From positions 5,184,001-5,248,000 of the forward strand of contig OZ241986.1 of NCBI GenBank assembly GCA_965204375.1: a stretch of 64,000 nt of DNA. Direction: 5' to 3'. This DNA is from Candidatus Latescibacterota bacterium (GTDB taxonomy: Bacteria > Latescibacterota > UBA2968). The position numbers and the translations under genes were made by a program. Each line of letters opens with the position of its first letter. Positions within the stretch are counted from its first letter, which is position 1. A model generated the notes under the pieces. The model saw only the letters and a program-made list of their open reading frames with translations, ran no database searches and was not told the DNA's origin. Shown in pieces: positions 21,641 to 30,169 of the stretch.

Positions 21641-21748
21641 GTGAAGTGTGAAGTGTGAAGTAGGAAGTGTGAAGTGTGAAATGGGATGAAGCACCAGCCT
21701 TTGGGCGGTTGGGCGGGGCCTTCTTACTTCTCACTTCTTACTTCTCCT
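21641..21748. repeat. Heptamer-repeat element, copy 3 (inverted orientation)
   Basis: Reverse complement of copies 1 and 2: gtgaagtgtgaagt...ccagcctttgggcggttgggcggg...cttcttacttctcacttcttacttc. Confidence 0.75.
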
Positions 21749-23046
21749 AACCACTCCGTCGCCGGGGAATCTACCGATGCGTGATGCGCGGCGAGGTCGG
21801 CGGTCATGGTTGCGATCATTTCCCGGTGTTCGGGGGCGTCAAACAGGTTGTTCACCTGGTCGGGATCGTTTTGGCGATCAAAGAGGATGGCGTCGTGGTC
21901 CTTTACATAGGCGAGTTCGTAATTGGGGGTGAATACGCCGGCTCTGTTCGGGTCGTGGTGGATATAACAGATGTCGTCCCATTCGGTTTTTTCGCCGCGC
22001 AAGAGTGCAGATGCATCTCGTCCGTGTTCGCGGCCACAGGGTTCATATCCCATGAGGGTCAGGATGGTGGGCATGAAATCGACGGAGCCGATCAGGTGAT
22101 CTATTCGCGTGTTAGCCGGGATTTTATCGGGCCAGCGGATTAACATGGGGACGCGATACGCTGTTTCATAGAGTTGATTTTTGCCCATCAATCCGTGTTC
22201 GCCGAGGTATTCGCCGTGGTCGGATGTGAAGACCACAATTGTGTTGTCCAGGATGCCTTTTTCGCGGAGTGCATCGAGCATTTTGCCCACGCAGTCGTCT
22301 ATGACTTTGACCATGCCGCAGTATTGGGCCATGTGTTTGCGCAGGATTTCATCTTCTGGAGCCTGTCTGTTGGCTACCCAACTTGGTTTATTTTCTTCGT
22401 TGCGCGTGTCGGGCAATGGCATATCTGCGGGGTTGTACATAGTGTCGTAGGGTGGGCGTACGGTAAATGGCGGATGGGGGTCGGGGATGCTGAGCATGAA
22501 ACAAAATGGGTTTTCTCGATCTCGCGTCAAAAATTCGTTGGTTTTTTCGGTTAGCCAGTCCGTTGGATAGGTTTTTTCGTCGCCCATGGTCCTGTAATTA
22601 AACACCGTGGGCTGCACATCGCCCATTTCGACGTCTTCGATTTTTTTCCAGTGTCCGCGATTGAACATGTATTGGGCGTCGTCAAAACCCATTGTGCGTT
22701 CGGGGTGTACCCAGCCGGGGCGCGGAGGTCCGTCCAGATGCCATTTGCCCGCGTAGCCAGTGTCGTATCCGCGATCTTTTAGTGCTTGTGCAAATGTGAT
22801 TTCATCGCGGTTGAGGGGGATGTTGTTGCGATACGCGCCGTGTACATGTTCGTAGCGCCCGGTGAGGAATACGCCTCGGGATGGGGTGCATACGGCGACG
22901 TTGACCATGAAGTTTGTCAAGATCGCGCCTTCGTTTGCAAGGGCGTCGATGTGGGGCGTTTCGACGAGTGTTCCGCCATACGCGCTCAATGTCCAGCAGC
23001 TTTGTTCGTCGGTGTGTATGACGAGGAGATTTGGAGAATCTGCCAT
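21724..23046 (-). CDS. Sulfatase
   Basis: PNLLVIHTDE, CTPSR, GKWHL, SDHGE. Confidence 0.9.
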   Translation of the reverse strand: MADSPNLLVIHTDEQSCWTLSAYGGTLVETPHIDALANEGAILTNFMVNVAVCTPSRGVFLTGRYEHVHGAYRNNIPLNRDEITFAQALKDRGYDTGYAGKWHLDGPPRPGWVHPERTMGFDDAQYMFNRGHWKKIEDVEMGDVQPTVFNYRTMGDEKTYPTDWLTEKTNEFLTRDRENPFCFMLSIPDPHPPFTVRPPYDTMYNPADMPLPDTRNEENKPSWVANRQAPEDEILRKHMAQYCGMVKVIDDCVGKMLDALREKGILDNTIVVFTSDHGEYLGEHGLMGKNQLYETAYRVPMLIRWPDKIPANTRIDHLIGSVDFMPTILTLMGYEPCGREHGRDASALLRGEKTEWDDICYIHHDPNRAGVFTPNYELAYVKDHDAILFDRQNDPDQVNNLFDAPEHREMIATMTADLAAHHASVDSPATEWLGEVRSEK

Positions 23047-23056
23047 TTATTTCTCC

Positions 23057-24430
23057 TTAGTGTTGGGTTAACCATGGATCGCCAGTTTTTGCTAACCAGT
23101 TGTCCATTTCTTCGTTCAGTTCTGCTTCAAGGTCGGGATGATCGCCAGCGATGTTTTGGAGTTGATAGGGGTCTGCGATGTTGTCGTGGAGGATTGTTTC
23201 TTCGTCTTCGCCTGTTCGCGTGACGACATAGGTGTGTCGGTGTGTGCGCACGCCGCGCGATCCGCCAGCGGGGTTGTCGGGCATTACGTTGAGGTAGAGT
23301 GCAGAGGTGGGGCGCGTGCCTTCTTTGCCCATGAGGATATCGGAGTAATCCGTTCCCTGGACACTGTCGGGGACCTGTCCCACGCCCATGAGGTTGAGCA
23401 ATGTGGGCATTAAGTCGGGTGTGCCGATTAACAGGTTATCTGTGCCGGGTGTGATTTTTCCGGGCCAGCGAATGATAAATGGCACGGTGAAGGATTCTTC
23501 GTAGTGTACGGTTTTGCCGATGCGGCCGTGGCTGCCCATCATTTCACCGTGGTCAGAGGTGAAGACGACGATGGTGTTTTCTTCCAGGCCCTCTGTTTTC
23601 AGACAGTCCAGTATGCGTCCAAAGTTTTCATCGACGCCGGTTACCATGGCGAAGTAGTGTTTTACATTTTCGCGGGCGCTGTCGCCGCGTGCATCTGTGG
23701 GTACGTTGGGGCGCGTCAAGAGGTCTTCATGGGTGGCATCGCCGTATTGGGCGACGTATTTTTCTGGTACTTGTTTGAATGGCATGTGCGGTGGGTTGTG
23801 GGATATGACGAGTGAGAATGGTTTTTCGGGATCTCTGTATTTGCCACCTTCGTTGCGGATGTAGTTTATTGCGATGTCGGTTTCGTGTTTGGGAGACCAT
23901 TCCCGCGGGTCGATGCGTTTGTCTATGGGGTCGTTGCCGGTCCAATAATGGGGGTTGAAGTGCCAGTCGCAACAGCCGTAGGAATACCAGAAGTCATAGC
24001 CGTGTCTGCGCGGTCCCGGCGGGGTGTATGAATCCCAGATGACGCCATTTCCTCTCGGTCCTTCTGTGTATTGATACTGTTCATTGGGCGGGTCGAGGTG
24101 CAGTTTGCCCAGGTACGCCTGATTGTAGCCAGCGTCGTGCAAGACGTCTGAGAAGCACCGTGCGTTTTCCCGGAGGTAGTTTTCGTATTGTACTGTGGTG
24201 GAGTTGACGTTGCTGAGTACGCCGTTGGCGTGGGGATATTGTCCGGTGAAGAGCATTGCCCGATATGGGCTGCATACGGGTCTGGTGCTTACGGCGTCGG
24301 TTAATACCAGGCTTTCAGATGCAAATCGGTCGATGTTGGGCGTTATTACGGGGTCTTCGTTCATGAATCCCATGGCTTGTTTGCGATATTCATCGGGGAA
24401 TACAAATACGAGGTTGGGATGTTCAGGCAT
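23057..24430 (-). CDS. Sulfatase
   Basis: PNLVFVFPDE, CSPYRAMLFTG, GKLHL, SDHGE. Start behind GGAG. Confidence 0.9.
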   Translation of the reverse strand: MPEHPNLVFVFPDEYRKQAMGFMNEDPVITPNIDRFASESLVLTDAVSTRPVCSPYRAMLFTGQYPHANGVLSNVNSTTVQYENYLRENARCFSDVLHDAGYNQAYLGKLHLDPPNEQYQYTEGPRGNGVIWDSYTPPGPRRHGYDFWYSYGCCDWHFNPHYWTGNDPIDKRIDPREWSPKHETDIAINYIRNEGGKYRDPEKPFSLVISHNPPHMPFKQVPEKYVAQYGDATHEDLLTRPNVPTDARGDSARENVKHYFAMVTGVDENFGRILDCLKTEGLEENTIVVFTSDHGEMMGSHGRIGKTVHYEESFTVPFIIRWPGKITPGTDNLLIGTPDLMPTLLNLMGVGQVPDSVQGTDYSDILMGKEGTRPTSALYLNVMPDNPAGGSRGVRTHRHTYVVTRTGEDEETILHDNIADPYQLQNIAGDHPDLEAELNEEMDNWLAKTGDPWLTQH

Positions 24431-24526
24431 CTTTGTCTCCATTTTATATATGCGGGAATAACACTGCCATAAATTGCGCCAATAGTCGCTGATGTCAAGG
24501 ATAACCATTGGTGCAGGTTGTCCATT

Positions 24527-24597
24527 GTAGGGGCGGGTTTTAAACCCGTCCGTCAGTGGTCAGTTATCCATTGTAGGGGCGAGGCATGCCTCGCCCG
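24527..24597. repeat. Two GTAG-type REP-like palindromes
   Basis: gtaggggcgggttttaaacccgtccg and gtaggggcgaggcatgcctcgccc, each preceded by ccatt. Confidence 0.7.
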
Positions 24598-24687
24598 TCA
24601 TTCCTGCATGGTGGAAAGCCGCCACGCGCAAGCACAACGCCAGTAATCCAGTGGTTTTTGTTTTTTAATTCCCAATTTTTAATTGCT

Positions 24688-25806
24688 TCATTTCACCCGA
24701 TCATAAATCGCCTCTAATTTTTTACCCTGTTTTTCCAGATTGTGCTGCTTTTCGACGTGAGTGCGGCCAGCGCGGCCAAATTGTTCGGGGGAGCTGAGGA
24801 GGGTGTCCAATCCCGATGCGAGGCCCGCGACATCTCGTTCGGGATATAATAGGCCACAGGTTTTGTCGATGACGACTTCGGGGATGTCGGCGTGTAGGGA
24901 CGATACGATGGGGACGCCCATTGCCATTGCTTCGATCAGGGCGACGGGGGCGCCGCCTTCGGTGTCGCCATCTGATGCTGTGATGCTGGGATATAAGAGG
25001 ATTGTTGCGCGTTTTAGTTCTTCCAGTGCGAGAGGATGGGGGAGCAAGCCGAGCATTTTGACGCAGTTTTCAAGGTGTAGTTTCCGTATTTCGGCTTGTA
25101 GTTGTGGGCGCAAAGGTCCGTCGCCGATCATCCGCAGTTGAACATCCGGGTATTTTTCCGCTATTTTTGAAAATGCCCGGATTGCGTATTTCAAGCCTTT
25201 TTTTTCTCGAAATACGCTGTATGTCAATACGACGGGTTGTTTGGGTGTGGGGTCTGTTCTGAGGGGAATTTTTTCGAGATCTACGCCCAGATGTTGTACG
25301 ATTACCCGGTTGGCAGGACATCCCAGTGCGATGAGTTGTTCTCCCATGAAGGGTCCTTCGACCAGGAAGAGATCGCCTTCGGCAAAGAGCCGTTTGTAGC
25401 GTTTTTGCCATTTTTTTTGACGGGGTAGTGCCGATACATCCAGGCCGTAAAAGGTGGTGATCAGGGGGATACCTGTGCGCTGTTTTGCGGAGAGACACCG
25501 GTATCCTTCTTGCCCAAAGTGCGCGTGGATGAGGGCGGCGTTGTGTTCTCGGAGCCAGTTTTCATAGCTGGCGTACGTGCCGCGCATTTTGCGAATGAGG
25601 CGCAGGATTGTTCTGCGAATGGGCGAGATATCTTCGGCGGATAGAACGGGTTCTATGGGGAATCGATCCAGGTTCTGGCGCGTTTGTGTGAGGACGATGG
25701 GCCGATACCGTTTCAGTGCGCGAATTTGATCGTATATCCAGGTGGCTGTTGCTGGTAAATAGGGGTTGGCACTGTGCGCGACGACAGGTTCCAGGCGGTT
25801 TCTCAT
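24688..25806 (-). CDS. Glycosyltransferase family 4 (WcaL-like)
   Basis: IHAHFG, EKKGL.YAI, DGDTEGGAPVALIEAMAMG. Confidence 0.9.
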   Translation of the reverse strand: MRNRLEPVVAHSANPYLPATATWIYDQIRALKRYRPIVLTQTRQNLDRFPIEPVLSAEDISPIRRTILRLIRKMRGTYASYENWLREHNAALIHAHFGQEGYRCLSAKQRTGIPLITTFYGLDVSALPRQKKWQKRYKRLFAEGDLFLVEGPFMGEQLIALGCPANRVIVQHLGVDLEKIPLRTDPTPKQPVVLTYSVFREKKGLKYAIRAFSKIAEKYPDVQLRMIGDGPLRPQLQAEIRKLHLENCVKMLGLLPHPLALEELKRATILLYPSITASDGDTEGGAPVALIEAMAMGVPIVSSLHADIPEVVIDKTCGLLYPERDVAGLASGLDTLLSSPEQFGRAGRTHVEKQHNLEKQGKKLEAIYDRVK

Positions 25807-25937
25807 AAAAAAATCCCGTTGATACGCTCCATTCTATCGAAATTACCCCTGAAGAGTGTATCTCTCCAGGGGTTTTAAAATTCTGCAATATGTGGAGTAC
25901 ATCAGTCGCTATCCTCAGTTATATATTCCTGTTCTCA

Positions 25938-26150
25938 TCAGGGCAATGCTTCAACGCGTTCCACTTCCTCTGTCAAAATTTGATTCACCACTTGACCCAA
26001 ATCTTTGCCTCTTTTTTTTGCGACCTGTTCAAGCCGGTGCTGGAGTTTCGCATTGAGGTAAATTGGCAGCCGGATTTCAGCGCCCTTGCGGTAAAATTTT
26101 CCTCTTTCAGCCCCGGAGAAATCGTATTCTGGTTTCATTGGGTTAGTCAC
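25938..26150 (-). CDS. Small BrnA/CopG-like antitoxin (apparently orphan)
   Basis: MKPEYDFSGAERGKFY motif, then an RHH-like segment. AGGA RBS. Confidence 0.7.
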   Translation of the reverse strand: MTNPMKPEYDFSGAERGKFYRKGAEIRLPIYLNAKLQHRLEQVAKKRGKDLGQVVNQILTEEVERVEALP

Positions 26151-26382
26151 TTATTGTCCTATCAATTTTCACCTATAATTCACTAAAAAAATGAAATACC
26201 TGACACTTTACTGCTGTGCCTTATAATAGCAAATGAGTGATATAAACACAATGCGAAAAATCAGATCTCAGAGTTTTTTGAAGGCATCGACAACCAATTA
26301 TCTTGCTTAAGGCGTTCTTCAGTGGGTTTATCATTTGCCATCAATTTGCCCAGCCTCAACAGAAGGTGTACGCACCATCTGC

Positions 26383-26664
26383 TCACACAATCACATAGTC
26401 CTCGCGTTTTGGCACGGGGTGTTCGCGTTCGGAAATGCCTTCTATCCGCTTTTCGCATGCAGCACATAGATGATAATAACAGATGCGATCATCTTCCGGG
26501 TCAATCAGTTCCGACATTTTGGACCGCAACGCGAGAAATCGACTTTCATTTAAGTTACACTCAAAAACGCTTTTCTGCCGCCGCGATCCATAATTTTCCA
26601 TGAGTTTCATTACCCGCCGCAATCGGCGTTTGTCGGCAATATCGTAGGCTACTACTACAAGCAT
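26383..26664 (-). CDS. cas2: CRISPR-associated endonuclease Cas2
   Basis: VVAYDIAD, RRQKSVFEC, DRICYY.LC..C. Confidence 0.95.
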   Translation of the reverse strand: MLVVVAYDIADKRRLRRVMKLMENYGSRRQKSVFECNLNESRFLALRSKMSELIDPEDDRICYYHLCAACEKRIEGISEREHPVPKREDYVIV

Positions 26665-26682
26665 CGCGCTGGTCTCCAAAAA

Positions 26683-27684
26683 TTATCGAATTAAGAATGG
26701 CAGGTATGCCGTGTCTTCGCCGCGCAATAGGCGGATGAGACGACGGGCCTGGAACTCAAAGCATTGGCGATATGACACTTTTTGTACCTGTCCACCGGGT
26801 TGCAGATATTGGACTTCAACAGCGACGCGATCTTGATAGGCACGAATTAACTGCGTCCGTCCATCGCCACATAAGAACACACCCCCGTCGCGCTGTTCAA
26901 AGTCTTCCTTTTTTATTTGTCCGTGATTCAGCAAGTCCAGTACCATTGCATCTACAATCACTGGGCGAAATTCTTCCATCATGTCCAGCGCGAGCGAGGG
27001 GCGGCCGTAATCTACGAGATGCAGATAACCGATATAGGGGTCCAAGCCCACGCGCAAGACAGCCGATTCCAGGTCCGAAGATAGGAGCGTATAGCCAAAG
27101 CTCAACATGGCGTTGACTGCATCTTTGGGTGGGCGGCGCGTGCGTTTGACAAAGGGAAATGCAGTGGGTAAAAATTGACCGAGCGCACCGAAATAGGTCG
27201 CGGTTGCAGCACCTTCGATTCCGCGCAGGGCATCGGCATTGTCAGCGCGGTCTATCTGTTTTAAGAGTGCGCGCAGTCGCCGTGCGGTGTGGGCGATGTC
27301 TCGATTTCGGCGTCGGGCAAGGCGCATGATCAGGGTGCGCATGTTGCGGATTTTGCCCGATACAAATCCCCGTGCGGCACCCAGTCGAAACGCTTCGTCT
27401 TCGTAGCGACGGTATTGCATTTGCCGCAGAATCACATTGCGGCCCTGCGGTCCGACCAGTCGCCCGCGATAACTGCCCGTGGTGCTGAGGAGTACGAGGT
27501 CAATGCCCTGCATTAGCGCGGTGTGCATGGCCGCAGGTGTTATTCCGATGTTGCCAAATAAGACCATCTGGTGCAGATCATACGCGGGTGATGTGTGGAG
27601 TTTTTTTTTGCCTTTCCACACGGTTAATCGCTCGCCTTCACGGCGTACCTGTGCGCCGGTTTCTGTGACATAGAGTACGGACAC
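26683..27684 (-). CDS. cas1: CRISPR-associated endonuclease Cas1 (stand-alone, no RT fusion)
   Basis: LRGIEGAA...YF, RRPPKDAVNAMLSFGYTLL, GYLH, SLALDMMEEFR. Confidence 0.96.
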   Translation of the reverse strand: MSVLYVTETGAQVRREGERLTVWKGKKKLHTSPAYDLHQMVLFGNIGITPAAMHTALMQGIDLVLLSTTGSYRGRLVGPQGRNVILRQMQYRRYEDEAFRLGAARGFVSGKIRNMRTLIMRLARRRNRDIAHTARRLRALLKQIDRADNADALRGIEGAATATYFGALGQFLPTAFPFVKRTRRPPKDAVNAMLSFGYTLLSSDLESAVLRVGLDPYIGYLHLVDYGRPSLALDMMEEFRPVIVDAMVLDLLNHGQIKKEDFEQRDGGVFLCGDGRTQLIRAYQDRVAVEVQYLQPGGQVQKVSYRQCFEFQARRLIRLLRGEDTAYLPFLIR

Positions 27685-27685
27685 T

Positions 27686-29611
27686 TCACACCACCTCAAC
27701 GCCTATTTGCAACCGTCCCGCGTCATCCGCTGTTACAACCCAAACGCCTGTGGTGATTTTGCCTTTGCGGTCGCGCAATAAGTCGCGCATTTCATCTTCT
27801 GCACGCGATAGGTCGGCCATGACCTGTGCGGCTTGCTGGCGCAGTGCGACGTAACGATCTATAGCTTCGCGGTTTTGCGGTTGATCCACACGTCCCATGC
27901 CGGCTGTAAATGCCGGGTCGATATGTAGCAGAGGAGAGGGGTACCCGCCTTCGGGCAAGTCAAATTCGCAGTTGCAGGGGACGGTTTCGACGAGGTCGGG
28001 CAGGTGTTTGCGGATTTTTGGACAGCCAATGGGATTCGGATGCAGGCGTTCGATCTGATAATCGGTTACTTCGGCTTTGTAATCTGCACACGCGCCGATT
28101 ACTGCGTGTAAAAAAGCGCGTCCCTGGTCGTCGAGATGTCCGAATACGCATTTTAAGACGTGGCGTTCGATGTGTACCAGATGGGCGGTTGTATAGGCTT
28201 TTTCTGTGAGTGCGCGAATGACGGCGCATCCCTTCATGATGGGTTGATATTCTGGAAAGGCTTTTTCTAAATCGACTTTTTGCAGGGGTGTGTGGGGTTT
28301 CCCTCCGCCCAGGCGAGAAACTGCATGGTCAAATGCCTGTGTGTCTATGGGTTTGATGTCGCGCAAGACGCGGTCCTGGTCTGCGAGTGCGTGTCCTTCT
28401 GTGTCGATAAATAGCGCACGTCGTCCTGTTTTGCGGTGGATGCCCAGGGGGAGTTTGATCAAATTGCCGAGTTCATCTTCTCCAACGGTGTCTTGTTTGG
28501 GAAACCATTCCCACTGCAATTCCTCTGATGGCGGTCCAAATCGCTTTGCAAATGCGCGACCATAAGCACGCAGGTCACATGCGGGGATGGGTTTTTCAAA
28601 GAAGAGCCATATATGCGCCCCTTTGTTTCCGCTGTCTTCGATGTGGACGGGGAGGTTGAGGGATGCAAAGCCAGCGCATACCCGTCGGATGTCTTTGCAT
28701 ACTTGTTCGCGCAACGCATCCATTAAGGTGTTGTTTTGCAGTGCTTTGTTGAGGGTCTCTTTTTTTATGTCGATGTCCAGGGCTAAAAATTGCGCTTTGT
28801 CCAGGTCGAATATCGGATATACCCCCACAGTCGTGTCTCCGCGGAGGTGGGATTGGATCACGCCCTCTGTGAGGGGTTCGCGCACGGGGACATAGCCGGT
28901 TTTTCCGTCTTCATCAATCCATTGCCGAGCGTACACGTCTTTGCGCGCGGTGAATAGCCGCAAGATGTGTGCGGCAGTATCAGGTTGGTTTTTGATTTCT
29001 GCATCTGGCAAGGTCTGGGATGTTTGCAACTGCGCGCCGACGAGTTGTTTGCCCGCAAGTGCGCCTGCATGGTCCGGGTCGTGCTCAAGTACTCGTCCGT
29101 AGAGTTCTTGCGCGAGGCCCATCATGCCATCTTCTTCGTATAGATGCGCGAGTTCAAAGAGTCCTTCTATGTGATCTGCATGATGCTGAATGAGGGTTTG
29201 CAAGCGCGATTGCGCGAGGCCCGTTTCATTGCGGTCTGCGTGTAACATTGCCAGTCCAAATAGGGATTTGGCATCGTCAGGGCACTGAGATAGGTGCGCC
29301 TGATAGATTTCAACGGCTGACTGGATGTCGTTCAGTTCTTCTGCGAGTACACCCCATTCACCAAACGCATCATCTACTGGTAGATCGCGCCACCGATTGA
29401 GCAATGTCTGTGCTCTGTCCTGTTCGCCCCGGATGAGGGCTATGCGGACCATCAATTGATGTGCGCGATTGCATGCCGGATCGCGCGCACAGGCTTCCGA
29501 AGCCAATGCCTCCACGCCATCCACGTTGTTTTGTTCTAAAAGTACCTGTGCTTTTTCACAGAGGGTATCCACGAGAGATGTGGGGGACGATTCTATTGCA
29601 GGAGTTGTCAT
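27686..29611 (-). CDS. CRISPR-associated primase-polymerase (CAPP): TPR repeats + AEP domain + Cys-rich PriL-like C-terminus
   Basis: N-terminal TPRs. AEP motifs LDID, SGNKGAHIW, GNLIKLPLG. C-terminal GCAVI...C..Y...PIGCPKI...CNC. Directly upstream of cas1. Confidence 0.88.
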   Translation of the reverse strand: MTTPAIESSPTSLVDTLCEKAQVLLEQNNVDGVEALASEACARDPACNRAHQLMVRIALIRGEQDRAQTLLNRWRDLPVDDAFGEWGVLAEELNDIQSAVEIYQAHLSQCPDDAKSLFGLAMLHADRNETGLAQSRLQTLIQHHADHIEGLFELAHLYEEDGMMGLAQELYGRVLEHDPDHAGALAGKQLVGAQLQTSQTLPDAEIKNQPDTAAHILRLFTARKDVYARQWIDEDGKTGYVPVREPLTEGVIQSHLRGDTTVGVYPIFDLDKAQFLALDIDIKKETLNKALQNNTLMDALREQVCKDIRRVCAGFASLNLPVHIEDSGNKGAHIWLFFEKPIPACDLRAYGRAFAKRFGPPSEELQWEWFPKQDTVGEDELGNLIKLPLGIHRKTGRRALFIDTEGHALADQDRVLRDIKPIDTQAFDHAVSRLGGGKPHTPLQKVDLEKAFPEYQPIMKGCAVIRALTEKAYTTAHLVHIERHVLKCVFGHLDDQGRAFLHAVIGACADYKAEVTDYQIERLHPNPIGCPKIRKHLPDLVETVPCNCEFDLPEGGYPSPLLHIDPAFTAGMGRVDQPQNREAIDRYVALRQQAAQVMADLSRAEDEMRDLLRDRKGKITTGVWVVTADDAGRLQIGVEVV

Positions 29612-29713
29612 GGGGAGATTCCTTTCTGTTTGGGGAAAAATAATGCAATCACACTGGGGTTTGTCTGTGGATTGCGTTTACACATTTTTTAGCAGTTTTA
29701 ATTTTTTCTTCAA

Positions 29714-29742
29714 AAATTAGTGCTCAAATGTTCACTTGTCAA
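29714..29742 (-). promoter_or_regulatory. Putative sigma70 promoter for CAPP-cas1-cas2
   Basis: TTGACA-17 nt-TAATTT on the minus strand. Confidence 0.55.
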
Positions 29743-29750
29743 GATAAAAA

Positions 29751-29774
29751 AGTAAACGGGTAGTCCCTCCTGAT
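29751..29774 (-). repeat. Partial degenerate CRISPR repeat (5' 24 nt)
   Basis: ATCAGGAGGGACTACCCGTTTACT versus array ATCAGGA(A/G)GGATTACCCGCTTACT. Confidence 0.75.
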
Positions 29775-29780
29775 TGTTTC

Positions 29781-29948
29781 TTAGCCTCCAATGAACGCTT
29801 TAGCGATTGACCACAATACCACAATAGCCATGATATGCGGTATGTGTATAATCAGCGCAAAAATTACGGCGAACACGAATATACACAACACCACTATATC
29901 TACCAATAAACGGACAATGAGATCTGCTGTGTTATTGGGCTCTTTCAT
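29781..29948 (-). CDS. Unannotated 55-aa hydrophobic (about 2 TM) small protein between two degenerate CRISPR repeats
   Basis: Hand translation: MKEPNNTADLIVRLLVDIVVLCIFVFAVIFALIIHIPHIMAIVVLWSIAKAFIGG*. The ATG directly follows the repeat end ATTGAAAC, with GAGG 9 nt upstream. Confidence 0.6.
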   Translation of the reverse strand: MKEPNNTADLIVRLLVDIVVLCIFVFAVIFALIIHIPHIMAIVVLWSIAKAFIGG

Positions 29949-29985
29949 GTTTCAATGCCTCAGTAGTCGGGTAATCCTTTCTGAC
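29949..29985 (-). repeat. Isolated degenerate full-length CRISPR repeat
   Basis: GTCAGAAAGGATTACCCGACTACTGAGGCATTGAAAC, 33/37 identical to the leader-distal repeat variant. Confidence 0.9.
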
Positions 29986-30001
29986 GAACGCCCTATTTAT
30001 C

Positions 30002-30017
30002 TGCAAGAAGCGTGCCA
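30002..30017 (-). promoter_or_regulatory. sigma54 (-24/-12) promoter P1
   Basis: TGGCACG-CTTC-TTGCA, exact consensus. Confidence 0.85.
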
Positions 30018-30124
30018 AAAAATAAAAAATCCTCAAAAAAATGAGGATTTTCTTTTTTTATTCTTTTTTCGCGGTTTTTTTTGTAAAAAAATCCCAAACA
30101 GGCATTCACCAGAGGGGAACAGAC

Positions 30125-30158
30125 GTGCAGAAATGCTCACATTTGTGCAAAAATGCAC
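30125..30158. promoter_or_regulatory. Paired palindromic enhancer-like sites for P1
   Basis: GTGCAGAAATGCTC and GTGCAAAAATGCAC. Confidence 0.7.
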
Positions 30159-30169
30159 GCCTATGCACA

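Noticed and set aside
29949-29985. Degenerate repeat as a tracrRNA anti-repeat
   Set aside because: Same orientation as the array, and there is no class 2 effector in the window.
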